Positions 49,210 through 59,362 of a stretch of DNA of 64,000 nt are shown piece by piece (positions within the stretch are counted from its first letter, which is position 1; each line of letters begins with the position of its first letter). The DNA is from a virus. Its lineage: Duplodnaviria; Caudoviricetes. Both the position numbers and the translations under genes were made by a program. The notes below the pieces were generated by a model. That model was not told where the DNA came from. It was given only the letters and a program-made list of their open reading frames with translations, and searched no databases. Location: positions 1-64,000 of the IMG/VR virus record IMGVR_UViG_3300044730_002040. The stretch is one strand, 5' to 3'.

Positions 49210-50265
49210 ATGTCAAACGTAAACAAAGAAAGAGTAGAATTGTCAATAAAAAATCTACGAGAAAAAAAGGCTAAAATTTATCTTTTTGTTCAAGACACTA
49301 AAGGTAATGCTAGAGCTTCTGTTAGATACATTTATCAGATGGCAATGGCTTTAAAAAATGCCGAATTTAATCCAATAATCCTCCACGAAAAAAACGACTA
49401 CGCTGGAGTTTCAAATTGGTTAGGTAAAGAATACATGGAAAAATTACCTCATCAATCGATTGAAAGTCAAAATTTAGAAATTACTCCTGAGGATTTTTTA
49501 GTGGTTCCTGAAATTTTCGGTTATGTAATGGACCAAGTAAAGAAGTTACCATGTGCAAAAATTGTTTTAGTTCAGTCATACGCATACATTACTGAAACTT
49601 TACAACCAGGACAAGGTTGGTCTCAGTTTGGTTTTTACAAATGTCTCACAACGTCAGGCAAACAGAAAGAATACATAGAAAAAGTTATGAGACAAGCAAG
49701 TTTTGACATTGTAGAACCTTACATTACAGAAAATTTCCGAAAAAGAAATTTACCTCCAATGCCGATTATTGCAGTTCATACAAAAGAACAGGAAGACGCA
49801 ATAAATCTTATCAAAACTTTCTATCTCAAATTCCCACAATTTAGATGGTTTACTTTTAGAGATATGAGAGGTTTAAGTGAAAAAGATTTTGCAAATTCAC
49901 TCAAGGAGTGTTGTTTAAGTGTGTGGATTGATGATAAATCCGGTTTCGGTACATTTCCACTTGAATCTATGGCTTGTGGTGTACCTTGTTTGGGTAAAAT
50001 ACCTGATTTACAACCAAGTTGGATAAATGAAGACAATGGTATATGGATTACAGATGTAACCTTGATGACTGACTTCATTGCAGATTTTATTCAAAATTGG
50101 TTAGAGGATAACATCAAACCAGATTTGTATACCAATATGGAACAAACTGCAGAAAAATTTACCAATAAACAAAAATTCGAAACTGAGGTTGTTGAACTAT
50201 TCAATTCATATCTTACAACCCGAGCAAACTCATTCGAAGAACAAATTTCAAAACTCAACGACTAA
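49210..50265 (+). CDS. GT-B fold glycosyltransferase (GT4-like)
   Basis: VVPEI...SGFGTFPLESMACGVP. Confidence 0.75.
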   Translation: MSNVNKERVELSIKNLREKKAKIYLFVQDTKGNARASVRYIYQMAMALKNAEFNPIILHEKNDYAGVSNWLGKEYMEKLPHQSIESQNLEITPEDFLVVPEIFGYVMDQVKKLPCAKIVLVQSYAYITETLQPGQGWSQFGFYKCLTTSGKQKEYIEKVMRQASFDIVEPYITENFRKRNLPPMPIIAVHTKEQEDAINLIKTFYLKFPQFRWFTFRDMRGLSEKDFANSLKECCLSVWIDDKSGFGTFPLESMACGVPCLGKIPDLQPSWINEDNGIWITDVTLMTDFIADFIQNWLEDNIKPDLYTNMEQTAEKFTNKQKFETEVVELFNSYLTTRANSFEEQISKLND

Positions 50266-50266
50266 T

Positions 50267-51070
50267 ATGAAAAAACTTTCACTATCCGTTATTCTACCTT
50301 TGAAATCTGCAGTCACAAAAGATTTCGCGGATTATTTTACTAAAGCGATAGATTCAATTAAAAATCAAAAAATCGAAATCGAAGAATTACTTATAGTTGC
50401 AACTCAAGAGGAACAACTTACAAACTTTTTGGACACTTATGATTTTGGAACTCTCACTGTTAACAGAGTCATTTGGAATGAAACTCCAAATTTTGCATCT
50501 CAGGTTAACTTTGGTGTCAAAAGTGCTAAAGGTGAATGGGTTTCTGTTTTGGAGTTCGATGATGAATACTCAAATATTTGGTTCGAAAATGTTCAAAAGT
50601 ACTCTCAAGCGTATCCTGAAGTTCAAGTGTTCTTACCGGTCGTTGTAGAAACGGACGAGAAGGGTGGATTTGCAGGTTTCACAAATGAAGCTACGTTCGC
50701 TGCAAATTTTTCACAAGAAATGGGTATTTTAACTAACGACACGCTACAAGATTACCAAAACTTCCAAGTTTCTGGTTCTGCAATGAAGAAAACTATATTT
50801 GAAGACTTCGGTGGTATCAAACCTAATTTCCAATTAACATTTATTTATGAATTTTTATTGAGATTAACTTACAACTCAGTACAAATCATGACCATACCAA
50901 GACTTGGATACAAACACACAAATATGAGAGAAGGCTCCATATTTTGGAATTACAAGTTCGGTGATTCTATCCTATCAGAACCTGAAGTTAGATTTTGGAT
51001 TCAAAGTGCAAAACAAGAATATTTCTTTACTGACGACAGAGTCATAAAATATGAACCATCTACAATATAA
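50267..51070 (+). CDS. Glycosyltransferase family 2-like
   Basis: LSVILP, VNFGVKSAKGEWVSVLEFDDEY. Likely start ATG 50267. Confidence 0.75.
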   Translation: MKKLSLSVILPLKSAVTKDFADYFTKAIDSIKNQKIEIEELLIVATQEEQLTNFLDTYDFGTLTVNRVIWNETPNFASQVNFGVKSAKGEWVSVLEFDDEYSNIWFENVQKYSQAYPEVQVFLPVVVETDEKGGFAGFTNEATFAANFSQEMGILTNDTLQDYQNFQVSGSAMKKTIFEDFGGIKPNFQLTFIYEFLLRLTYNSVQIMTIPRLGYKHTNMREGSIFWNYKFGDSILSEPEVRFWIQSAKQEYFFTDDRVIKYEPSTI

Positions 51071-51072
51071 TT

Positions 51073-51819
51073 TTGGAAACTCTTTCTGCATCTACAGAAG
51101 ATGTGAAATCAAAAAAAAGAGGGAGAAAAGCTGTTAAAGAAAATTATTTCGATGTAAGAGAAGAAAACGCAGTCAAAAAATTTTTGGTTGCTGACACGGT
51201 AGAAGAAAAAAATAAGATTTACAACGAATTTCTTAGAGCACCCTTGGACAAGATGATTTCATCTATCATCAGGAGGTATAAGCTATACCGTAAAGATATG
51301 GATTTTATAGAAATTCATACTGATACTCATTCGTTTTTGATGACCAAAGTAGATAAATTCAAACCATCAAAAAACAAAAAAGCATATTCCTACTTTGGTA
51401 CAATTTGTAAAAATTACCTAATGGGTCAAATCATTAAGGACCAAAAGGAAACCAACAGAAAGGTTTCTTACGAAGATATTTCTTCAAGCTTGGAGGAAAG
51501 AGCTGATTTGATTTATAGAATTGATGATGACGTTATTGATACTAACTATGTTCTAACAAAATATTTAGAAGAACTTAAGAATTTTGTAGACTCTGAAAAT
51601 TTGAATGAGAATGAAAAAAAGTTAGGAATTGCTTTAATTGACCTTTTCAATAATTACGAAACAATTTTCACTGGAGAAGAAAATAATAAGTTCAACAAAA
51701 ATATTATACTTCTTTCACTTAGAGAGATGACAAACCTAAGCACCAAAGAAATTAGAGGTTCTATAAAGAAATTTAAGAAGTTGTACACAATAACAATGAT
51801 TAAGTTCAAAAATTTATAA
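51073..51819 (+). CDS. Late-transcription sigma factor (T4 gp55-like)
   Basis: NYF...KMISSIIRRY...KFKPSKNKKAYSYFGTICKNYL resembles the gp55 / sigma region 2 motif F.P.K....FAYFT.I..N. Confidence 0.7.
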   Translation: METLSASTEDVKSKKRGRKAVKENYFDVREENAVKKFLVADTVEEKNKIYNEFLRAPLDKMISSIIRRYKLYRKDMDFIEIHTDTHSFLMTKVDKFKPSKNKKAYSYFGTICKNYLMGQIIKDQKETNRKVSYEDISSSLEERADLIYRIDDDVIDTNYVLTKYLEELKNFVDSENLNENEKKLGIALIDLFNNYETIFTGEENNKFNKNIILLSLREMTNLSTKEIRGSIKKFKKLYTITMIKFKNL

Positions 51820-51835
51820 ATAACTATTTATAGTT

Positions 51836-52201
51836 ATGCCAAGACCACAAAAAAAAGAAATAAATTTTACTAAAGATTCAATTTTGTCTTTGATGCAGGA
51901 GATTTACAATGAACTTGTAGAACAAAGAAATACTGCAATTAGAATTCAAAATAAAATGTTGTCAATGCTCAAGGACCCAGAAGATATGACAACTATTGGT
52001 CCTGTCATTGAAAAACAACAAAAAATTGTAAACGACTGTGTCGAGAAAAAATTGACTTTATCAAAACTTCAATCAACCATTTGGGAGAAAACAAACTCAT
52101 CTACTGAATCATTCACTTTGTCTGATTTGGACGATGACCTACTCCAAAATTTGATTGAAAAGGATGTTTCTTCAGACGAAGAAACATACAAAATAAAGTA
52201 A
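51836..52201 (+). CDS. Hypothetical coiled-coil protein
   Basis: 121-aa ORF preceded by TATTTATA. Confidence 0.6.
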   Translation: MPRPQKKEINFTKDSILSLMQEIYNELVEQRNTAIRIQNKMLSMLKDPEDMTTIGPVIEKQQKIVNDCVEKKLTLSKLQSTIWEKTNSSTESFTLSDLDDDLLQNLIEKDVSSDEETYKIK

Positions 52202-54301
52202 ATGCAAGCGACGAATTCTTCCATAGACATTACTAGTTCCAGTCAACAGATTAGTGGTAACATTAGTGCTACTAAACGTTACAAGGAAACGTTAGACGCA
52301 GAAAGAACTATTAGACGTGAGTTAAAAAACTCTACCGCTAAGTCAGTTGAGCAAACCGCTAATCAACTTAACAAAATTTCACAACAACAGAAGAGGTTTC
52401 AAAGAAACACACCAACATCCTCGGACCAATTGATTAATTTCATAGGTCTCACAAAAGGTACAGGAAGCACTGAAATGAAAGCTATTAGAAACCTATTATT
52501 ACGTGCTGCAAGAAAATCGGAACAAGAAATACAAAATATCTTACAGGAAGAGGTAATAAAATCTTTAGGTTGCAGTCAGGAACAAACATACAAAGGGGTA
52601 AGTCCTACCGCCGCAGCCGACATGGATTTATTACCGGTCTCAGAAGCAATATATGTACCTCTACAATCATTAGATTTAATTACTTTGGCAAGCGGTCTTT
52701 TGAAAGAGGATTTCACCTCAACTGTTGGAAGAATTTTATATGAACCGACTGGTGCTACACCGAACAACATTACTGAATTCCGAAATTATGGTGGAGAGGT
52801 TCCTTTTCCAATGAATCGTACACTATATGAACTAACTCAGACTCAAAACGCATTTAATCAAACTTACAATGTTTTTTTTAGCGGTAGGAGTGGACAGAAT
52901 TTATTCAACATAAAATATACAACAGTCAACGAGTTTGGGATTACGGGTAATTATTACAAAATCGCACTAATTAATCGTACAGGTAATGAAACAGGTGTTG
53001 TCACCGCTTTCACAGAGAACAAAATCGGACAATGGATAGCCGATTATTATAGTTCAATTAAATTGTTCGATTCCGCGGACTTAGTCGCTCAAATTTTACA
53101 ATTTATATCTCAGTTCATGAACATACAACTACCAGCACCTGCTGGTCCAATTTCCGACCAATCAAAGTTTTATAAAATTTTACAAAGAATTTTAGGTTTA
53201 TGTTTTGACCAAAAAACTGAAATAGATGTGAGTGGAATATCAAAAATAGCAGAGCTGGACGGTATAGACGATTCTTTTTTTGAGTTCACAGAAGTTGATT
53301 TGAGAAATATTGACCTCAACGTATCAAACGTTCAAAACGGTGTAATTGAACTTGTTGATTGTGATAATGTGAAAGTTCCTGTGGATGCTCAAAACCTTTC
53401 CGACCAATTGATAGAATTCAAAAGTCAATTAGACAACTTGACGGAGGAAGAACAAATTGCTAGAATGGAAACCATAATTGATAGTTTATCACAAAATCCA
53501 AATTGGAAGATATACATTCCGGCAGGATTTAACGCTGAGGCAAAATTTAGCGAAGACATCATAAGAGATATTGCCTTAGGTGTTGCTAGTGCGGTTCTAA
53601 GTCCCAAAGTATTATTACCAATTTTCATAATGTTGAAAGTTGTAGAAAACTCTTATAATCTATCTTACAACCAAACTATTACGACGGCAACCACAATAAA
53701 TCAATTGAATATTCAAGCATCAAACATTATTACCAACTCTGTTGAATTCATAAAAAAGTTCAAAAAATTCATGGTTCAAGTGGTCAGCAGAATTGGTGCA
53801 ATTTTCATCGAAGCCTTGTTTGATATATTGAAAAAAGAATTACTGAATATCATCACAACTTTAGTTTTAGACATATTAAAAGAACAGCGTAAGAAGGGTT
53901 ACAAACAAGCTTTAAGATTGATTGGTATTGCAGCCAACGTTGTGAAAGGCGTCTTTGATTACAGAAAATGTCAATCATTGATGGACGAAATAAAAAATAT
54001 TCTTAATTTGATTCAAGCACCAGGAGGACCAGCTCCACATAAAAGAAAAAAAATAAATTTAGCTTTAGCAATTCTCTCTGATTTTTTACCAGGGGAATCC
54101 CCTCAGAGAGCATTTCTGAATACTATCAAATATTTAGAAGAGGCCGGACTTCCCACACAAGTATTACCTAACGGACAACCAAATTTGATGCTCATTTACA
54201 ACTTAGCAACTCATCGAGGAAGAAGTGATGAACAAGCAGAAAATGGTGTAAACGATTGTTTTGTTCCAGGTGGACCACCTTGTTTCAGTTTACCAAGATA
54301 A
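52202..54301 (+). CDS. Hypothetical large protein, probably baseplate-associated
   Basis: 699-aa ORF in an operon with the gp5-like gene. Confidence 0.55.
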   Translation: MQATNSSIDITSSSQQISGNISATKRYKETLDAERTIRRELKNSTAKSVEQTANQLNKISQQQKRFQRNTPTSSDQLINFIGLTKGTGSTEMKAIRNLLLRAARKSEQEIQNILQEEVIKSLGCSQEQTYKGVSPTAAADMDLLPVSEAIYVPLQSLDLITLASGLLKEDFTSTVGRILYEPTGATPNNITEFRNYGGEVPFPMNRTLYELTQTQNAFNQTYNVFFSGRSGQNLFNIKYTTVNEFGITGNYYKIALINRTGNETGVVTAFTENKIGQWIADYYSSIKLFDSADLVAQILQFISQFMNIQLPAPAGPISDQSKFYKILQRILGLCFDQKTEIDVSGISKIAELDGIDDSFFEFTEVDLRNIDLNVSNVQNGVIELVDCDNVKVPVDAQNLSDQLIEFKSQLDNLTEEEQIARMETIIDSLSQNPNWKIYIPAGFNAEAKFSEDIIRDIALGVASAVLSPKVLLPIFIMLKVVENSYNLSYNQTITTATTINQLNIQASNIITNSVEFIKKFKKFMVQVVSRIGAIFIEALFDILKKELLNIITTLVLDILKEQRKKGYKQALRLIGIAANVVKGVFDYRKCQSLMDEIKNILNLIQAPGGPAPHKRKKINLALAILSDFLPGESPQRAFLNTIKYLEEAGLPTQVLPNGQPNLMLIYNLATHRGRSDEQAENGVNDCFVPGGPPCFSLPR

Positions 54302-54304
54302 CAA

Positions 54305-54514
54305 ATGGAAAAAAATGAATACGATATAATCTTTGGGCAATTGTCGAATATAAAAAATATTCCGAACGGCAAACTTGTTGATTGGATGGATAAGTTGTCC
54401 ACAGATTTTGAAGCCAAAAAGGGACAGATTATAAATTTGACTTTGGAATTAGACAATGTAGAATTGTTGTATAATTCGATACTCAAAGAGTACCAAAATA
54501 GAAACAACAAATGA
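54305..54514 (+). CDS. Small hypothetical protein
   Basis: 69-aa ORF with an ATGA overlap with the next gene. Confidence 0.55.
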   Translation: MEKNEYDIIFGQLSNIKNIPNGKLVDWMDKLSTDFEAKKGQIINLTLELDNVELLYNSILKEYQNRNNK

Positions 54515-56043
54515 CACCAATATTTTACCAATGTACTGTCTTGAACAATCAGGACCCTTTGATGCTCGGAAGGGTTAGAGCAAGAATTAATATTATTAAT
54601 TACCCCGATGTCTTAAAATCTGTTACATCACCCGATTGGAATGAGGAAAAGGATATTTGGACTGAAAGAGACCCTTTGATTTTTTACCCCCTATTACCTT
54701 ACTTCATTTATCAGGTTCCGAATGTAGGTGAACTTATTCAAGTTATTTTTGTAAATTCAGATTTCAAATACCAAAATCAATATTACGTACAAAGTAACTT
54801 TTTTTCCGTAAACTCAGCATTTAATACCAACAATAGTGGAGGTGCGAAATTTACTGGAACGGGAATGCAGTTCAAAGCACCAAAAAACATAAAAAACCAA
54901 AATGGTACTTGGCCAGCTAAAAGTTTTCTAAAAGGAATTTATCCTGAACCTGGTGACAATGCTTTGTTGGGTAGAGGAAGCACTGACGTTGTCGTAAAAG
55001 AAACTGATGTACTTTTACGTGCTGGAAAGTATAGTGCAACACCACAATCAAATTTAGAAACACCACCAAATGACAATAGGTCTTTCATACAACTCTCTAT
55101 TTTTGATAAAACAAAAGTTTCAGAAAATTTTACAAAACAAATTGTTTCAAAACCCATTACTTTACCTGTCAGACATCTTATTGAATGGGTTATTCTTAAT
55201 CCCGAAAATACTGTTGATAGATTTACTGGAGCAATATTTTTATATTCATTAAAAAGTGCCGTAGAAACAAACACAAATAACATTCAAGTTTCTACCGAAA
55301 TCCCTGAGGTAAATAAATTTTTGATTTATAAACAAGATTTCCAAGCTCTACCATTTCAAAGTGCTGTAGATTTGATTAATAACTTTATCAAAACCTGTAA
55401 TAGTAAAAATGTCTTGAGTGACGGGACAAAAATTTTTTCTGACAATCAAAACAAATTTCCAATCTATTTTAGACCAGGCAAGTTTACATATGATTTACTC
55501 ACTGACGCAAGTCCCGCAACTCCAATACAACAAATAATGAAAGATAATTTGACTTTGTTCAATAACAGAATCAAATTATTGCCTTCAGATGAAACTGCAT
55601 CATCCGATAGTCAGTTTGGGTTGATATGGAAAAAAGACACTGTTGGGTTACCAACTCAAACAGAAATTAAATCCATTACCTCGGAGGTTTTTGAACCCAA
55701 ACCAAAAACATATTCTGTGATGGGTGGACAAGAAATTTATCTTTTAAGTCAAGATTCTTCAATCGAAGGCAAAGGAAAAATAAATTTCGCGAATTCCATT
55801 TACGGTCTACCATTGAGTGCATTCACCGGCGAAATCAGAGCTAAAACTTCTTCGTTAGTAAGAGGTGAAGAATTACTTGAACTTTTAAACTTGATTGTAA
55901 GATTTCTTCTTACACATACACACGCCTACCCAGGTTTATCCCCTGTTGATGAAACGGAAGATGGTGCCAAGTCTAAAGATATTCAAACCCAAATGCGGAA
56001 TGCTGTGAATAAAATATTAAACAGTAATATTAGACTTAATTGA
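54511..56043 (+). CDS. Baseplate hub / central spike protein (gp5/gpV-like OB-fold)
   Basis: N-terminal VLNNQDPLMLGRVRARI...PLLP...VPNVGELIQV; C-terminal LVRGEEL...HTH (HxH apex motif). Confidence 0.72.
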   Translation: MTPIFYQCTVLNNQDPLMLGRVRARINIINYPDVLKSVTSPDWNEEKDIWTERDPLIFYPLLPYFIYQVPNVGELIQVIFVNSDFKYQNQYYVQSNFFSVNSAFNTNNSGGAKFTGTGMQFKAPKNIKNQNGTWPAKSFLKGIYPEPGDNALLGRGSTDVVVKETDVLLRAGKYSATPQSNLETPPNDNRSFIQLSIFDKTKVSENFTKQIVSKPITLPVRHLIEWVILNPENTVDRFTGAIFLYSLKSAVETNTNNIQVSTEIPEVNKFLIYKQDFQALPFQSAVDLINNFIKTCNSKNVLSDGTKIFSDNQNKFPIYFRPGKFTYDLLTDASPATPIQQIMKDNLTLFNNRIKLLPSDETASSDSQFGLIWKKDTVGLPTQTEIKSITSEVFEPKPKTYSVMGGQEIYLLSQDSSIEGKGKINFANSIYGLPLSAFTGEIRAKTSSLVRGEELLELLNLIVRFLLTHTHAYPGLSPVDETEDGAKSKDIQTQMRNAVNKILNSNIRLN

Positions 56044-56062
56044 TATTTATTAAAAAAGTCTA

Positions 56063-57571
56063 ATGTCAGTTTTAAGGTCATACGTAGATAAAAATAACAC
56101 CATAGTTTCAAATTCTTTAGTAAACACAGGTAGAAACCCTGTGATGGAATTGAATTTTGGTGCTTCCTACATTGCCGTACCTAATTTCGGGTTTTCCCGT
56201 ATATTATTTGACCTTGATTTAGATTTATTAATCGAAAACATAGAAAGTGGTATAATTTCAACAGGTTGTACATCTGCTATGACCCACACATTGAAAATGA
56301 CAAACACTTCTTCTTTCGATAACGAATTACTGAACACCTTCATGTCTAACGACAGGAGAAGAGCAAGCTCGTTTGACTTGATTTTATTTAGAATTCCAAA
56401 AACGTCGGGAACTACAGGAAATACTCAAACTTGGGATGAAGGTGTTGGATATGACTACAACGACTTCAACTTAGCGAGAAATTCTTCAGTTGGTGGTTCA
56501 AACCCACTAACTTACGTGGACCCTAGAGCCTATTCAACAAGACCATCAAATTGGTTTCAAACTCAGACTGTATCCAATTGGTCAGAACCTGGTGTATACA
56601 ATAATAAGAACCAAGGTTTGGTTAATTTCACAGGGTTGACCATAATAGCCACCCAACATTTTGAGTTCGGTAATGAGGATATAAACATGGATATGAGCAA
56701 CGAGATAAATTCCATTCTTAACGGAACACTAACGGGTGTAACAGGTTGGGGTATTGCTTATCTTCCATCTATAGAAAACATATCAGGTCTTACGGATAGT
56801 TACAGCGTTGCCTTCTTTTCAAGACATACACAAACTTTTTATCAACCGTTCCTTCTTACAACTTATGACGATTTAATTCAAGATGATAGAAATAGATTTT
56901 TGAAAAACCAAGTTAACAAACTTTACCTGTACATATATCAGAATGGAGATGCGGTTAATTTAGACGAATTACCTTTAGTTACAATCCAACAAAGAGATGG
57001 AACAGTTTACAATAACTTGTCAGGTTTAACAACTTGCTTGAGAACGAGAGGGGTCTATGAGTGTATTATACCGAACTCATTCACGGGCTCACCTACACCA
57101 TGTATGTTTTACGATGTTTGGTCAAATTTGAAAATAAACGGACAATCCTTGGGAAACGTCAAAAATCAATTTGTTCTTCAAGAATACTCTGCGGGGATAC
57201 AGATTGGTGTTAGTAGTCATGAGCCTGAAAAATTTGGTTTTGATATCTATGGTATTTTACAAAATGAAAATATTATAAACTCAGACATAAGAAAAGTTGG
57301 AGTTACAATCAAGAAAGCATATACAGGACAACAACCTTTAGACGGTGTTACAGCTTTCTACCGAGTTTATGTTAAAGAGGGTACAACTGAAGTCCAAGTG
57401 CAAGATTGGACACCAATCAATAGAACACCTAATGAATACTATTTTATGATTGATATGAGAGATAAAATTCCAAATCAATATTATGTAGACATTCAAGTGA
57501 ATACTTCAGGAGAGAAAGATACTTATAAAAGACAATTAACCTTTAATGTAGTAAATGAAAAAGATAGTTAA
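56063..57571 (+). CDS. Putative structural protein
   Basis: Beta-rich 502-aa ORF with WDEG.G motif; TATTTAT upstream; many [ST]GxT motifs. Confidence 0.55.
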   Translation: MSVLRSYVDKNNTIVSNSLVNTGRNPVMELNFGASYIAVPNFGFSRILFDLDLDLLIENIESGIISTGCTSAMTHTLKMTNTSSFDNELLNTFMSNDRRRASSFDLILFRIPKTSGTTGNTQTWDEGVGYDYNDFNLARNSSVGGSNPLTYVDPRAYSTRPSNWFQTQTVSNWSEPGVYNNKNQGLVNFTGLTIIATQHFEFGNEDINMDMSNEINSILNGTLTGVTGWGIAYLPSIENISGLTDSYSVAFFSRHTQTFYQPFLLTTYDDLIQDDRNRFLKNQVNKLYLYIYQNGDAVNLDELPLVTIQQRDGTVYNNLSGLTTCLRTRGVYECIIPNSFTGSPTPCMFYDVWSNLKINGQSLGNVKNQFVLQEYSAGIQIGVSSHEPEKFGFDIYGILQNENIINSDIRKVGVTIKKAYTGQQPLDGVTAFYRVYVKEGTTEVQVQDWTPINRTPNEYYFMIDMRDKIPNQYYVDIQVNTSGEKDTYKRQLTFNVVNEKDS

Positions 57572-58025
57572 ATTAACAGAAAGTGATATTTCAAGACTTG
57601 TGAATAAAGTTTTGAAGGAGCAAGAATCTCCCAATTATATGTTCTTCAGTAATTTAGAACAATTAATCCGTCAAGCTAATTTACTTTTGGAATTAAATCC
57701 TGAAGTTATAGATGACATTCTATTGAATGGTCATGATTGGGCTGCCGACCACATCACTGTGGCAAAAGAAAACTTAGACCAAGTTTTTGATTTCATGATG
57801 AATGAGATTAAAGGCAAAGAACATGAAGAGGATAATGAAATGATGGACATGACAGAGGGGAGAAAAAAAACAGGAACCAAACTTTGTTCTAGAGGTAAAG
57901 CCGCAGCAAAAGCTAAATTCAAAGTTTATCCCTCGGCATATAGTTCGGGTTACGGAGTTCAAGTGTGTAAAGGTCGTATGCCAGGTTTAGATGGAAAAAA
58001 ACATTGCTCAGGTTCCTATTGTTAA
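57555..58025 (+). CDS. Hypothetical protein, candidate internal head protein
   Basis: KIVKLTESDISRLVNKVLKEQ leader; basic Cys-containing C-terminus LCSRGKAAAKAKFKVYPSAY. Confidence 0.6.
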   Translation: MKKIVKLTESDISRLVNKVLKEQESPNYMFFSNLEQLIRQANLLLELNPEVIDDILLNGHDWAADHITVAKENLDQVFDFMMNEIKGKEHEEDNEMMDMTEGRKKTGTKLCSRGKAAAKAKFKVYPSAYSSGYGVQVCKGRMPGLDGKKHCSGSYC

Positions 58026-58049
58026 TTGATTTTTTTTCATTTATTTTTG
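58019..58049 (+). promoter_or_regulatory. Bacteroidota-type housekeeping promoter (-33 TTG / -7 TAnnTTTG)
   Basis: TTG at 58019-58021, a 20-nt spacer, TATTTTTG at 58042-58049, immediately before ATG 58054. Confidence 0.4.
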
Positions 58050-58053
58050 TAGA

Positions 58054-58467
58054 ATGGAAAGAAATATCACAGGTTACATCCCTCGTATATTATTCAGGAT
58101 ATACCTCACACTCAAAGAAAAATTCGACCCAAGACCTCCAATCGCAGCAGAGGAACAATTCTCAATTGACATATGTTCCAAATTGATTTCCAAAAAAGAC
58201 TCAGAACTTCATTACGCTCCGAAATCAAATAAAAGGTTTATTAGGAATGACGAATTTGACATTTTTATTGTCATAACAAGCAGAACTATACAAATTACCA
58301 ACCATGATTACAGTCATAGTGTATATATCGAAAATAATGACTTGTATGGTGAACTTTTAGAAAATTTTGACTCCGAAATAGAGCAAAGAAAAGAGGAACT
58401 TGAAATGGAGATTTCAAATAACATTCAACATTCCCTAAAAAATATTCTTCAAAAGGTCAATCAATAA
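58054..58467 (+). CDS. Hypothetical protein
   Basis: 137-aa ORF. Confidence 0.6.
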   Translation: MERNITGYIPRILFRIYLTLKEKFDPRPPIAAEEQFSIDICSKLISKKDSELHYAPKSNKRFIRNDEFDIFIVITSRTIQITNHDYSHSVYIENNDLYGELLENFDSEIEQRKEELEMEISNNIQHSLKNILQKVNQ

Positions 58468-59336
58468 TTTCCTGAAAAATATACATACAATACTTCAGGA
58501 ATTTTGAAACACGTTCTTTTTTCACCATTGTCGTTTACACAAGGGATTGGTTTCAATTGAGAAACTATTCTTTTTAACTCGACAGGAGCTTTAGATACTG
58601 CTGAATAAACCGATTCGACAGGATATAGTTTTTTTGGTTCGTAAATTTCTTTCAAAACTTTTTTTACCAAGGAATTGATAGATTCTTTTCTTGTTTTGTA
58701 TGAGACCATAGTTGGTTTGTTTCCTGTTCCAATTTTAGGGTTTTTTTTCTCTTCTCTCCTTTTTTGTTGACAAGCGGCTCTTTTTTGAGATTCGGACATT
58801 TTAGAGGCGACGTGAACGGCTCTACACTTAGGATATGATTTTGTTTTAGCTTCAGGTCTACCACAAGGTGGATGTTTTCCATTAACTTTACTACAGATGT
58901 TCACCCAAGGTCCCTTAGGTTCTTTACTTCCTTTAGGTTTTTTCTTTGTACCGAACCAAACAGCTAAATCTTCATCCAAAACCTTTTCTTCTTTAAGGGG
59001 TCCTACAGCCTTTTTAATGACATCCTCAGGGTTCTCTATATCAGCAATGTTACTTCCACCCTCATCACTTTGTCCTGTGTAAAATTGTTTCAAATATTCA
59101 TCAACCTTTGATATTTTCTTTGTTCTTCTTTCAATCTTTTCTCTTTCTTCAGGAGACTGTTTGAAATCACCATCTGCTTCCTCATAAGCAAGTTCTGCGT
59201 TTGTATAACTGTATACAGGTTCAATGAAAGGACCAAGTTCATCATTTGTCCACGGTTGTGGTGATAGAACAATTGGAACTTTAAATTTCCCACTACTTGC
59301 AGCAGTCGTGGCTTCTTTAATATTGAATTTTTTCAT
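58461..59336 (-). CDS. Conserved phage protein with basic Cys-containing domain (DUF5872-like, tentative)
   Basis: LAVWF...WVNIC...PCGR...YPKCR...KMS..QKRAA...KR; IKE and LKE motifs; TATTTAT upstream. Confidence 0.55.
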   Translation of the reverse strand: MKKFNIKEATTAASSGKFKVPIVLSPQPWTNDELGPFIEPVYSYTNAELAYEEADGDFKQSPEEREKIERRTKKISKVDEYLKQFYTGQSDEGGSNIADIENPEDVIKKAVGPLKEEKVLDEDLAVWFGTKKKPKGSKEPKGPWVNICSKVNGKHPPCGRPEAKTKSYPKCRAVHVASKMSESQKRAACQQKRREEKKNPKIGTGNKPTMVSYKTRKESINSLVKKVLKEIYEPKKLYPVESVYSAVSKAPVELKRIVSQLKPIPCVNDNGEKRTCFKIPEVLYVYFSGNY

Positions 59337-59362
59337 ATATTATACTATAATAAATATTACAA

